64,000 bases of DNA from Chlamydiales bacterium (GTDB taxonomy: Bacteria; Chlamydiota; Chlamydiia; Chlamydiales; SM23-39): the NCBI GenBank assembly GCA_028278035.1, contig JANQFC010000065.1, forward strand, positions 1,558 through 65,557. Direction: 5' to 3'. Made by a program: the position numbers and the translations under genes. The notes under the pieces are model-generated. The model was not told the origin of the DNA, did not search any database, and saw only the letters and a program-made list of their open reading frames with translations. Of this stretch, positions 1-8,660 are shown piece by piece. Each line of letters opens with the position of its first letter. Within the stretch, counting starts at the first letter, position 1.

Positions 1-232
1 TCACGCAATGAGCTCTGACAGCAGAGATTTTGGTTTTGTTCCGGAAGGTAATTTAAGAGGGGGAGTGAATTTCATATTCTGGCCTCCATCTGATCAATGG
101 GGCAAGCCTTTCCAACCAAAATATAAAATATTATCTTTTCCTAAAATAACAGTATGGTCCAGTGCATTTGTACTAACTGTATTAGCGGCAATATATACAA
201 TAAGAAGAAATAAGAAAAAACTTAAGTTCTAA
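1..232 (+). CDS. lepB: signal peptidase I, C-terminal part (gene continues upstream of the window)
   Basis: SSDSRDFGFVPEGNLRGGVNFIFWPP matches the conserved C-terminal S-x-DSR-x-x-G-x-V...FWP box of type I signal peptidases. The frame is open to the window edge and a hydrophobic tail follows. Confidence 0.65.
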   Translation, partial: HAMSSDSRDFGFVPEGNLRGGVNFIFWPPSDQWGKPFQPKYKILSFPKITVWSSAFVLTVLAAIYTIRRNKKKLKF

Positions 233-235
233 AAA

Positions 236-3200
236 TTAAGTTATTTTTGTTAAAGATATAATAGTTTTCTCGGAATTGATATCAATATCAATTCCATCAG
301 TTATTTTCTCAAATATAACATCAACTGCTAAAATTTCATTATCTATATAATTTTTATGTTCTAAATAACTTGTTTTTATTAAATCAGTCGTATCAAAAAC
401 AATTTTAATTCTATCAGTCACTTCAAATCCACTTTCTTTCCGCATCAAATTAATTTTGTTTACAATTTCTCTTGCAATTCCTTCTTTAATCAAACTATCG
501 CTCAATTCTGTTTCTAATGCTACTGCAATTTCAGGATCTCTGCCTGCAGCAACTCCCTCTTTTACTCTTCTTTCTATTACAACATCATCAGAAGTCAGTT
601 TTATAGTTTCTTTATCAATTTCAATATTTACAGGCTTATTATTTAAAATAGCATCAATTTGCTCTTTATTAAATCCAGCAATCACTTTTTGAGCTAAAGG
701 AAGTTTTTTACCAATTTTCTTGCCCAATACCCTAAAATTAGGTTTCGCAGATATTGTAATAAATCTGGACTCATCTTTTAGTAAAACAACCTCCCTAACA
801 TTTAACTCTTCTGCTATCAATTTATTAGATTTTTCTAAATACGATAATATTTTGAGATCTGCTTCTATATAAGCTTTAGATAAAGGCTGCCTCACCTTTA
901 TTTTATATTCTTTTCTAAGAGCATGACCAATACTTACAGTTCTTTGTACATAATCCATCTCATTTTCTAATTCCTCATCTCTCATATTCTTATCATAAGA
1001 TGGAAAATCACATAAATGAACAGAGGCTTCCATGTCATCTGTCTTTAATTCCTGATATATAGACTCACTAATAAACGGAACAAAAGGAGATATTATTTTA
1101 GTTAGCGTTAGCAATACTTGATATAGTGTACTAAAAGCATCTTTCCTATCCTGCGTTTCCTCATCTGACCAAAACCGAGACCTCGATCTTCTAATATACC
1201 AATTTGTAAGCTGATTGATAAAATCTACAATAGGATCCACTGCTTTTGCCAAGTCATATATATCTAAAGCTTTTTCTACTTCTTTAATAAGTTTATCTAC
1301 CAAAGATAATATCCATCTATCGATCTCACACTTGGGTTTTTCAAGAGTGGACGGCTTCCAATTATAAATTTTTGCATAAGTAGATAAAAAGACATAAGAG
1401 TTCCAAAATGGAAGTAATATTTGTCTAAATACTAATGAGACTCCTTTTTCAGAAAAACAAAGGTCCTGTCCTTTTACAGCAGGACTATGGATCATATACA
1501 TCCTGATAGCATCTGCTCCAAATTTAGAAATAACAATTTCCGGTTCCGGATAATTTTTCAGTCTCTTGCTCATTTTAGTACCGTCTTCAGCAAGCAGTAT
1601 TCCATTTACAACAACATTTTTAAAAGCAGGCTCATCAAAAATAGCTGCTGAAATCACAGTCAAAGTATAAAACCATCCCCTTGTCTGATCCAAAGCTTCT
1701 GCAATAAAATCAGCAGGAAAAGATTTTTCGGTTTTTTCCTTATTTTCAAATGGATAATGATTCTGAGCATATGGCATAGAACCCGATTCAAACCAGCAGT
1801 CAAAAACCTCTGTTACCCTGGTATAAGTTTCTCCATCATGCTCAAATGACAGATCATCTACAAACTGTCTATGTAAATTGTTTACTTTTTTCCCTGTCTT
1901 CTTCTCTAAATCTTCTAATGATCCAATTACAACAATATTGTTATTCTTATCTTTCCAGATAGGAATCGGTGTTCCCCAGTATCTATTTCTGCTAATAGCC
2001 CAATCCCTAGCACTTTCCAACCATTTGCCAAATCTCCCTTCTTTTAAATGCTCAGGCACCCAGTGTATTTTTTTATTGGCTGCAATAATTTTATCCTTGA
2101 TTTTTTCAACGGCAATAAACCAGGTTTTGACGGCTTTGTAAATTAATGGAGTATCCGATCTCCAACAAAATGGATATCTATGCCTAATAGTAGCTTGATA
2201 AAAAAGTTTTTTTTCATCTTTTAATCTTCTGATAATTAATTTATCTGAATCTTTAACAAGTTTACCCGCATATTCAGGAACCTCATTAGTAAATCGTCCA
2301 AAATCGTCTACCGGACAAATAACTTCAATACCGGCTTCTTTACAAGCAAAAAAATCTACTTCCCCAAAAGCAGGGGCTGTATGAACTATCCCTGTTCCAT
2401 CTTCTGTTGTCACAAAATCATCTACTAACACTCTAAAAGCATCTTCATTTTTAAAATAATCGAATAAAGGCTCATATCTTAAATTTTTTAATTCATTACC
2501 TTTGAAGGTCTCTAAAATTTCATATCCTTCATCTTCTTTAAAATAATTAGCAAGTCTTGCTTTTGCTATAATATAAATATCATTGCTCTTATGAGTTTTA
2601 ACTTTTACGTAATCAATATCGGGCCCTACTGTCAAAGCTAAATTGGATATTAGAGTCCATGGTGTGGTTGTCCAAGCAAGAAAATAAGTATTATCCTCAT
2701 TTTTTAATTTAAATTTTACAACAACGGAAGGATCATCAACATCTTGATAATTCAAGTTAGCTTCAAAATTGGAAATCGGCGTTCCCAGTTGGTAAGAAAA
2801 CGGCATTACCTTAAAACCTTCATATACCAGCCCCAAATCATACATCTGTTTGAATACCCACCAAACAGATTCCATAAAAGTAATATCCATTGTTCTATAA
2901 GTATGGGAAAAATCTACCCATCTTCCCATACGAGTTACGGTTTTTTCCCATTCTTTCGTATATCTCAAAACAATGCCTTCACATTCTTCATTAAATTTGG
3001 CTATGCCGAATTTATGAACAAATTCTGCTCCACACAACTCTTTCCCTTTTTCAATTTCATTTTCAACAGGAAGGCCGTGACAGTCCCATCCAAATCTTCT
3101 AGGGACATGAAATCCTTTCATGGTCTTATATCTAGCTACCACATCTTTAATAGCACTAACTAATAAATGTCCATAATGAGGAAGGCCTGTAGCAAATGGA

Positions 3201-3340
3201 GGCCCGTCGTAAAAAGAAAATAAAGGACTGTCCTTTCTATTTTCTACAGACTTTTCAAAAGTATTGTTTTTCTCCCATAATTTTAAAATTTTTTCTTCTC
3301 TTTTAGAAAAATCTTTTTCCTTATCTACTTCAAACATCAC
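236..3340 (-). CDS. ileS: isoleucyl-tRNA synthetase, type 2 (eukaryote-like)
   Basis: 1034 aa. HIGH motif (PHYGHLL), KMSKS motif (KMSKRLKNYP), and an editing-domain region (TTTPWTL). Confidence 0.97.
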   Translation of the reverse strand: MMFEVDKEKDFSKREEKILKLWEKNNTFEKSVENRKDSPLFSFYDGPPFATGLPHYGHLLVSAIKDVVARYKTMKGFHVPRRFGWDCHGLPVENEIEKGKELCGAEFVHKFGIAKFNEECEGIVLRYTKEWEKTVTRMGRWVDFSHTYRTMDITFMESVWWVFKQMYDLGLVYEGFKVMPFSYQLGTPISNFEANLNYQDVDDPSVVVKFKLKNEDNTYFLAWTTTPWTLISNLALTVGPDIDYVKVKTHKSNDIYIIAKARLANYFKEDEGYEILETFKGNELKNLRYEPLFDYFKNEDAFRVLVDDFVTTEDGTGIVHTAPAFGEVDFFACKEAGIEVICPVDDFGRFTNEVPEYAGKLVKDSDKLIIRRLKDEKKLFYQATIRHRYPFCWRSDTPLIYKAVKTWFIAVEKIKDKIIAANKKIHWVPEHLKEGRFGKWLESARDWAISRNRYWGTPIPIWKDKNNNIVVIGSLEDLEKKTGKKVNNLHRQFVDDLSFEHDGETYTRVTEVFDCWFESGSMPYAQNHYPFENKEKTEKSFPADFIAEALDQTRGWFYTLTVISAAIFDEPAFKNVVVNGILLAEDGTKMSKRLKNYPEPEIVISKFGADAIRMYMIHSPAVKGQDLCFSEKGVSLVFRQILLPFWNSYVFLSTYAKIYNWKPSTLEKPKCEIDRWILSLVDKLIKEVEKALDIYDLAKAVDPIVDFINQLTNWYIRRSRSRFWSDEETQDRKDAFSTLYQVLLTLTKIISPFVPFISESIYQELKTDDMEASVHLCDFPSYDKNMRDEELENEMDYVQRTVSIGHALRKEYKIKVRQPLSKAYIEADLKILSYLEKSNKLIAEELNVREVVLLKDESRFITISAKPNFRVLGKKIGKKLPLAQKVIAGFNKEQIDAILNNKPVNIEIDKETIKLTSDDVVIERRVKEGVAAGRDPEIAVALETELSDSLIKEGIAREIVNKINLMRKESGFEVTDRIKIVFDTTDLIKTSYLEHKNYIDNEILAVDVIFEKITDGIDIDINSEKTIISLTKIT

Positions 3341-3414
3341 ATCCTCTTGAGTAAACTCTTCATATCTTATAGTATATCAAGACTTTATTTCTACTATTTT
3401 TCCAGCCTACTCCC

Positions 3415-3443
3415 TATACAAATAATAAAAAATATAGTATAAT
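3415..3443 (+). promoter_or_regulatory. candidate sigma70-type promoter of ssrA (TATACA-N17-TATAAT)
   Basis: TATAAT at 3438-3443 and TATACA at 3415-3420 with a 17-nt spacer, about 17 nt upstream of the mature tmRNA 5' end. Confidence 0.35.
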
Positions 3444-3459
3444 GTTATTAAAATTAAAC

Positions 3460-3829
3460 GGGGGTGCTCAGGTTTCGACTTATAGGATAAGTAATTATGG
3501 CATGCAGAGGTTTATCGGTTGGCCTCTTAAAAAGCCGATAACAATATAAAAGGCGAAGATAATACTTTAGCTTTGGCCGCTTAAGACCTAACAGTCTTGG
3601 TAGTCTGGTAATCTAAAACACGGACCGAGAGGTTTAGAATTACTATCATTTATCTTGGTATGACTTCTACAGAGTTTGCTATCACTTTTTAGTTGTCGAG
3701 AATTAAAGATTGCAAATCGATTCATAGCGGGGAGCCTTCCGGCAGAATCGATCACATTAGGAGGCTCTAAGCATGTAGTCATCATTATGTATTTTTATAA
3801 GGACGAGAGTTCGATTCTCTCCACCTCCA
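3460..3829 (+). ncRNA. ssrA: tmRNA (transfer-messenger RNA)
   Basis: The 5' GGGGGTG (3460-3466) pairs with the 3' CACCTCC (3822-3828), including the G3:U alanine identity pair. T-arm is GAGAG-TTCGATT-CTCTC (3805-3821), with discriminator A at 3829. The internal tag frame GGC GAA GAT AAT ACT TTA GCT TTG GCC GCT TAA (3552-3584) ends in ...LALAA-stop. Confidence 0.9.
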
Positions 3830-3839
3830 TTCGCTCTTA

Positions 3840-4184
3840 TTACTTCATTACATTAGATTCTTCTAATAGCTTTTTGACTCTAGGAATTCTTTGGGCAGGA
3901 TTCACTTTTACTCCTCGAATATTATAAGCAAAAACAAAGATATCTTCATTTTTTTCTAACCATCCAACAAACCATCCAATTTGCATGTTTGCATCATGTC
4001 CAAATCCTGTCTTTCCAAACAATTTATAGCCTGTAGATAATTCATCAACAAACAAAAGGGATTTTGTCATTTGAATAGCATTACTTGAAATGGAAATTTC
4101 TTGTCGAATCTGAGATGCATTCAATAATCTTTGAATAAAATTTTGACCAACTAAAAATTCTGAATATCTCCTTTTTTTATATAG
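3840..4184 (-). pseudogene. class D (OXA-like) beta-lactamase / penicillin-binding-domain C-terminal fragment
   Basis: Only the C-terminal ~95-115 aa are present, with the KTG box (FGKTGFG) and the WFVGW motif typical of class D enzymes. There is no N-terminal S-x-x-K part. The frame closes just beyond repeat R0. The ORF-track start is a TTG. Confidence 0.6.
4153..4177 (+). repeat. R0, degenerate copy of the ssrA-3'-like element
   Basis: AAAAATTCTGAATATCTCCTTTTTT compared with R2 AAAGTTCTGAATGCGTCTCCTTTTA. Confidence 0.45.
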
Positions 4185-4328
4185 CTAAAAATCTAATTAT
4201 TAATCATTTACAAAAAACTCAAGCTTTAATAGATCATTAAAATATCATATATCCCGGAATATAATTGACAGAAACTCTTTTTTCCAAGAAAATAGAGTCT
4301 AAGGAAACAATATATAGGAATTTGTTTT

Positions 4329-5513
4329 ATGCAATTAATCCATCGATCATTAAATAAAAAATTAGAATCCATTTTAAAAAGAGGAAAAAGTGTTTTATTG
4401 CTCGGTCCTCGTCAAACAGGAAAGACAACTTTAATCAATCAATATAAAGCAGACCTTGAAATCACTCTTTTGATTTCAAAGGTGCGTCGTCAATATGAAG
4501 CAGACCCAGATCAACTTATCCGAGAAGTCCAAGCTTTAAAGCTCGCTAATCATAGAACTCCTCTTATAATTATTGATGAAGTTCAGAAAGTACCCGCTCT
4601 GATGGATGGAATCCAATATCTAATTGATAAAAAATTAGGACAATTTATTCTAACCGGATCTTCAGCCAGAAAATTAAAACATAATAAAAACATCAATCTG
4701 CTCCCTGGACGAGTTATCCAACTTCGTCTCGATCCACTCTCATTAGAAGAACTAAAACCAATACCTGCTATTGAAAATTTTTTACTATATGGATCTCTTC
4801 CTGCTATTTTCCTTGAATCTGATGTATCTATTCGCGAAGAAGAACTCGATTCCTACGTAGACTTATACCTTGAAGATGAAATTAGAGCAGAGGCTCTTGT
4901 ACGAGATATTGGTGCTTTTGAAAACTTTCTTCGACTTGCTTCTATTGAATCGGGCAATATTGTTAACTTTGACAAAATCTCTCAGGATATAGGTGTTGCC
5001 AGAACAACAATCGCGGCATATTATCAAATTTTAGAAGATTGCCTGATCGCAGAACGTATAGAACCCTATACAACAAGTAAAACACGTAAAAAATTAATAA
5101 AATCTCCAAAATATTTATTTTTTGATTTAGGCTTACGCCGTCTTGCAGCTAAGGAACAAACAAGCTTACCTCAAAAATATTTGGGAAATCTTTTTGAACA
5201 ATTTGTAGGGTTAGAATTGATTCGATGGTCACGTTTACAAAATTCAAAAATTAGCGTACATTTTTGGAGAGATCCTTCAGGTCCAGAAGTTGATTGGGTA
5301 ATACGCCGTAATAATGAATTACTTCCTATTGAGATAAAATGGACAGATACACCTTCTTTTAGAGACACAAAGCATCTTGAATTATTTTTAAATGAGTATC
5401 CAAATGCAAAGAAAGGTTATGTTGTGTGTCAAATATCTCACAATCAAGTTTTTTCAAATAAAATAGAAGCTATATCCTGGAAAGATTTAATTAAAAAGCT
5501 ACAAGATTGGTAG
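4329..5513 (+). CDS. AAA+ ATPase of the COG1373 type (AAA_14 + DUF4143-like)
   Basis: P-loop GPRQTGKTT and Walker B IIIDEVQ. The length and C-terminal pattern (WRDPSGPEVDWV...PIEIKW, a PD-(D/E)xK-like tail) are typical of this family. Confidence 0.75.
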   Translation: MQLIHRSLNKKLESILKRGKSVLLLGPRQTGKTTLINQYKADLEITLLISKVRRQYEADPDQLIREVQALKLANHRTPLIIIDEVQKVPALMDGIQYLIDKKLGQFILTGSSARKLKHNKNINLLPGRVIQLRLDPLSLEELKPIPAIENFLLYGSLPAIFLESDVSIREEELDSYVDLYLEDEIRAEALVRDIGAFENFLRLASIESGNIVNFDKISQDIGVARTTIAAYYQILEDCLIAERIEPYTTSKTRKKLIKSPKYLFFDLGLRRLAAKEQTSLPQKYLGNLFEQFVGLELIRWSRLQNSKISVHFWRDPSGPEVDWVIRRNNELLPIEIKWTDTPSFRDTKHLELFLNEYPNAKKGYVVCQISHNQVFSNKIEAISWKDLIKKLQDW

Positions 5514-5556
5514 AAAGATTTTCTGCGATTTTTTGCATTGAAACTCCAAATTTTAT

Positions 5557-5592
5557 CCAATCAAAAGTTCTGAATGCATCCAACCTCCTCCA
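5557..5592 (+). repeat. R1, ssrA-3'-like element
   Basis: CCAATCAAAAGTTCTGAATGCATCCAACCTCCTCCA. Confidence 0.75.
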
Positions 5593-5797
5593 AACTTATA
5601 ACTTCACACGAAATATTAATGAACCTATCCATAGAATAAGCAAATAGATAATATAGGGCCCAACCCTTTGCTGGGGGGAAAAAGCGTGAAAGCCATCTAA
5701 AATGTTTCGTATACCACTTGTTTCCAAACCATACGACTAGATTACATCCAATACTATCTATCAAAAGAAGGTAAAAAATAATTTTTTCTATAAGCAT
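5561..5797 (-). CDS. small hydrophobic protein (78 aa from the ATG at 5797)
   Basis: AAAGGAG lies 7 nt upstream of the ATG at 5797. One or two hydrophobic segments. The last 11 codons and the stop are encoded by the reverse complement of R1. Confidence 0.4.
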   Translation of the reverse strand: MLIEKIIFYLLLIDSIGCNLVVWFGNKWYTKHFRWLSRFFPPAKGWALYYLFAYSMDRFINISCEVISLEEVGCIQNF

Positions 5798-5928
5798 ATA
5801 TAGCTCCTTTTTACTATAAAAACTTTTTTTTATCATTCTTGCATTTTAAATAAAATTTCTTTTTTTGCTATTTTTTAATAACTCTGATATTTGACAAAGC
5901 AAAATCTATTATCAAATATTTTCCGTTT

Positions 5929-5958
5929 AAAGTTCTGAATGCGTCTCCTTTTACCTCA
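5929..5958 (+). repeat. R2, ssrA-3'-like element (right half diverged)
   Basis: AAAGTTCTGAATGCGTCTCCTTTTACCTCA. Confidence 0.65.
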
Positions 5959-6032
5959 TTAAATCTTATATTACCTTTTATATGTCAATGACTTATATAT
6001 ATCAAAATTATTAATTTGTAATTTATTATATA

Positions 6033-6060
6033 AACCTATAATGTAGGTTATATAACCTAC
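6033..6060. promoter_or_regulatory. operator-like palindromes upstream of the wHTH gene
   Basis: Perfect 18-bp palindrome GTAGGTTATATAACCTAC (6043-6060), plus an extra AACCTA half-site (6033-6038). It ends 12 nt before the ATG at 6073. Confidence 0.5.
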
Positions 6061-6072
6061 AAAAGAGGTTTT

Positions 6073-6402
6073 ATGCTAGAAGCAATTTTTGGTGGAAAAA
6101 ATATTGAAAAAATCCTCTTTTACCTGTTAATAAATAAAACATGTTATGCTACCCAACTTTCTATTGAATTTGATGAAGCATTATCTCCATTTCAAAAAGC
6201 ATTCGACAGACTAGAAGCAGGCGGAATAATTGTAAGTTTTTTAGAAGGTAAAACTCGTATTTATCAATTTAATCCCAGATATCCTTTTCTTAAAGAATTA
6301 AAAAAATTATTATTAAAAGCATTCAATTTCTTGCCTAATGAATTTAAAAATAATTATCTTAAAGTAAGAAAAAGACCAAGAAGAAGAGGAAAACCATTAT
6401 GA
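6073..6402 (+). CDS. small winged-helix DNA-binding protein (antitoxin/regulator-like)
   Basis: 109 aa with a wHTH-like core (ILFYLL...YATQLSIEF...FQKAFDRLEAGGIIVS..GKTRIYQFN) and a basic tail. It overlaps the next ORF by 4 nt (ATGA). Confidence 0.5.
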   Translation: MLEAIFGGKNIEKILFYLLINKTCYATQLSIEFDEALSPFQKAFDRLEAGGIIVSFLEGKTRIYQFNPRYPFLKELKKLLLKAFNFLPNEFKNNYLKVRKRPRRRGKPL

Positions 6403-6947
6403 GTAAATATAATTTCAAAAATATTACTCTTGAAAACCTTGCAGCCATAATTTCAAAGCACTTGTTTAAACATAATATTGAAAATATTTTAGTTGGAGGA
6501 GCTTGTGTTTCAATTTATTCACAAAATCGATATCAATCTTATGATTTAGACTATGTAACATATGAAGATATGAAAAAAATAGCACTTGCATTAAATGAAC
6601 TTGGCTTTCAAAAAAAAGGCCGCCATTTCGTACATAAAGATTGTCAATATATTATAGACTTTATAGCACCTCCAGTTGCTATCGGCAATGAACCAATTGA
6701 AAAATATGAATATCATAAGACATCACTTGGAACTATAAAAATGTTAACTCCCACTGATAGCGTTAAAGATAGATTAGCGAGTTTTTATCACTGGAATGAT
6801 CAACAAGGATTGGATCAAGCAATAAGTATCTATCAAGAAATTCCCGATAAAATTGATATAAAAGAAATTAAAAGATGGTCTAAAAAAGAAGGTCAATCGA
6901 AAAAATATGAAATATTTTTAAAATACTTAAAAGAGAATCTCAATTAA
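6399..6947 (+). CDS. minimal nucleotidyltransferase-fold protein (AbiEii/MNT-like)
   Basis: hGG-x13-DLD signature (VGGACVSIYSQNRYQSYDLDYV). Translationally coupled to the upstream wHTH gene. The stop TAA forms the first bases of R3. Confidence 0.45.
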   Translation: MSKYNFKNITLENLAAIISKHLFKHNIENILVGGACVSIYSQNRYQSYDLDYVTYEDMKKIALALNELGFQKKGRHFVHKDCQYIIDFIAPPVAIGNEPIEKYEYHKTSLGTIKMLTPTDSVKDRLASFYHWNDQQGLDQAISIYQEIPDKIDIKEIKRWSKKEGQSKKYEIFLKYLKENLN

Positions 6948-6977
6948 AAGTTCTGAATGCGTCCAACCACCTCCATT
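6946..6977 (+). repeat. R3, ssrA-3'-like element
   Basis: AAAAGTTCTGAATGCGTCCAACCACCTCCATT. The CCACCTCCATT part is identical to ssrA 3821-3831. Confidence 0.85.
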
Positions 6978-7137
6978 AGGACTGGATTGTTAAAACTTAT
7001 TTTTTTATAAAAGGTTTGTACATATACGAAAATCTACTAAAAAATTTATCTCAAAAAATTGAAAATTACTTCTCCGAGATTGAAGCAGGATACAACTTTG
7101 ATTTAGGGTCAGAATTTGAAATGGCACTGTGCAAAAT
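6946..7137 (+). repeat. 192-bp direct repeat, copy A (R3 + promoter region + first ~39 codons of a DUF6602-like gene, start codon lost)
   Basis: Aligns base-for-base with 7546-7737 (offset exactly 600 bp), with about 7 mismatches. Confidence 0.9.
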
Positions 7138-7480
7138 AACTTTGAGCAAAAGCAATGGCTTCCTTGCGCGGATCTCCATTTTGAGCAATTAGATAACATG
7201 CATATCGGGTTAACATAAAATCTTCAATTTCCCGTTGAGCTCCACTACCTAAGGCTACCATTTTCGTAACGCCACGAAAATGGTCATTCGGATCACATCC
7301 AGTTGTTTTACAAGATTCTATTGCTTTTTGAATAGATGTTATAAAATTTTCCCATCGAACATATCCAAGCGGTTCTTGCAAATCTCTAGCAAACCAAAAT
7401 TCAATTTTTTCCTCGAAAACTGTCTGTGCCAATTTATCAAAATGGCTTTGCAATTTACCAATAACCTCTTTATTATACAT
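7109..7480 (-). pseudogene. dinD: DNA-damage-inducible protein D (DinD)-like gene, N-terminal ~117 codons only
   Basis: LTRYACYLIAQNGDPRKEAIAFAQSYFA closely parallels E. coli DinD [28 protein letters not shown]. Homology stops at the 7137/7138 junction with repeat copy A, after which the frame runs 6 unrelated codons to a stop. Full-length DinD is more than twice this size. Confidence 0.7.
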
Positions 7481-7545
7481 AACACATTCCTAGTGCAAAT
7501 ATTTTTTTTTAAAATAATAGCTAAAATTGATAAAGAGCTCCAGTC

Positions 7546-7577
7546 AAAAGTTCTGAATGCGTCCAACCACCTCCATT
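7546..7577 (+). repeat. R4, ssrA-3'-like element
   Basis: Identical to R3. It is flanked by the short inverted repeat CCAGTC (7540-7545) / GACTGG (7580-7585). Confidence 0.85.
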
Positions 7578-7737
7578 AGGACTGGATTGTTAAAACTTAT
7601 TTTTTTATAAAAGGCTTGTGCATGTACAAAAATCTACTAAAAAATTTATCTCAAAAAATTGAAAATTACTTCTCCGAGATTGAAGCAAGATATAACTTTG
7701 ATTTAGGATCAGAATTTGAAATGGCACTGTGCAAAAT
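7546..7737 (+). repeat. 192-bp direct repeat, copy B (R4 + 5' end of the intact DUF6602-like gene)
   Basis: See copy A. Confidence 0.9.
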
Positions 7738-8413
7738 TCTTCAAGATCTCTTACCGACAAAATTCGGAATTTGTAGAGGATTTATAGTAGATAAAGAAGG
7801 CAATGAAGCAGGAGATGATATAATCATATATGGTCGTTTAAGGTTCCCTTCTATACGGATGTTAGGACAAGATAATTTCGCTCAAAAAGAAAGAATACCC
7901 TTCGAAGCAGTATATTGTTATATCGAAGCAAAGCACAACCTTGAGCTAGATAAAGTTAAAGAAAGTACATTAAATAAAGCACTAAACCAAATCCAAAAAA
8001 TTAAATCTCTGAAGCGCTCAGAGCGTAGTTTATCCCAAATAACAGAAGCATGCAATCTTGGAAAAAATTTTGAATTAAAAGCTCCGAATGAGTCGTGGGC
8101 TAATAAATGGAATCCTTTATATACGGGTATTATATCGAGAAGAACATCTCTGAAGTCTGATGGGGAAAATTCTAAAAAAGGATTATTAGATCCAAATGCA
8201 ACTTACCAACTCTTGCATCGCAATATGTCTATAGAATGTATACCTGATCTATTAGTAGCTGGAAATGGAGTTCTCGGCTTACCTACATTTAATGACCAAA
8301 AACACCTAATGCCCTTTAATGAACCAAATCACTGCTCAGGATTTTGCATATTTAAGACGAAGTATAATGCACTAGCAGTAGGCCTTTGTCAGTTGCTTTG
8401 GGCCCCTAGATAG
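7622..8413 (+). CDS. PD-(D/E)xK nuclease-fold protein, DUF6602-like
   Basis: GDDIIIYG ... EAVYCYIEAKH gives a D...E-x-K arrangement. The N-terminal LGSEFEMALCKILQDLLP pattern is typical of DUF6602 (recalled from memory, not searched). The ATG at 7622 is preferred over the TTG at 7616. Confidence 0.55.
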   Translation: MYKNLLKNLSQKIENYFSEIEARYNFDLGSEFEMALCKILQDLLPTKFGICRGFIVDKEGNEAGDDIIIYGRLRFPSIRMLGQDNFAQKERIPFEAVYCYIEAKHNLELDKVKESTLNKALNQIQKIKSLKRSERSLSQITEACNLGKNFELKAPNESWANKWNPLYTGIISRRTSLKSDGENSKKGLLDPNATYQLLHRNMSIECIPDLLVAGNGVLGLPTFNDQKHLMPFNEPNHCSGFCIFKTKYNALAVGLCQLLWAPR

Positions 8414-8514
8414 AATTCAATTAGGGACTATGCCTTGGGAAGAGATTATTGTTCCAAATTTGGATCAAGCACCTTTAACATCTTCATAATCTTTTTAAGA
8501 GAATCAATATCAAC

Positions 8515-8540
8515 ATTTCTAAATGCGTCTCTCACCTTCT
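8515..8540 (+). repeat. R5, degenerate ssrA-3'-like element
   Basis: ATTTCTAAATGCGTCTCTCACCTTCT compared with R7 AGTTCTGAATGCGTCTCTCCACCTCT. Confidence 0.55.
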
Positions 8541-8629
8541 TTGATCTTCAAGAAACCAAAATAATTTACAAAAATTGACTTACTGATTATTATAAAATTA
8601 TAATCCCGTATGGTGACCCCATACGAAAG

Positions 8630-8660
8630 CCACGAGCTCCGGCTCGTGGTTACTTTTTTT
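8630..8660 (+). terminator. GC-rich hairpin + T-run (rho-independent terminator-like), preceded by a second hairpin at 8607-8625
   Basis: CCACGAGC-TCCG-GCTCGTGG followed by TTACTTTTTTT. The upstream hairpin is CGTATGG-TGACC-CCATACG. Confidence 0.5.

Noticed and set aside
456-3163. Plus-strand ORFs of 78-139 aa (456-692, 1878-2141, 2744-3163) inside the ileS locus.
   Set aside because: They are antisense shadow ORFs within a strongly supported 1034-aa ileS gene. Their products are low-complexity and hydrophobic, as expected for AT-rich antisense frames. Similar antisense ORFs across the window (for example 10056-11294, 12286-12752, 29331-29980, 36039-36645, 48306-48911) were rejected for the same reason.
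3588-3927. ORFs 3588-3785 (-) and 3676-3927 (+).
   Set aside because: Both overlap the tmRNA gene, whose acceptor stem, T-arm and tag reading frame explain this sequence.
5561-5836. The full 91-aa version of the minus-strand ORF.
   Set aside because: The first 13 codons lack any SD, whereas the internal ATG at 5797 is preceded by AAAGGAG. Only the 78-aa version is reported, and with low confidence.
7005-7579. ORFs 7005-7199 (-), 7280-7579 (+) and 7339-7566 (-).
   Set aside because: They overlap the duplicated upstream region or the antisense of the dinD-like fragment. They have no SD or motif support and are explained by the repeat and pseudogene structure.
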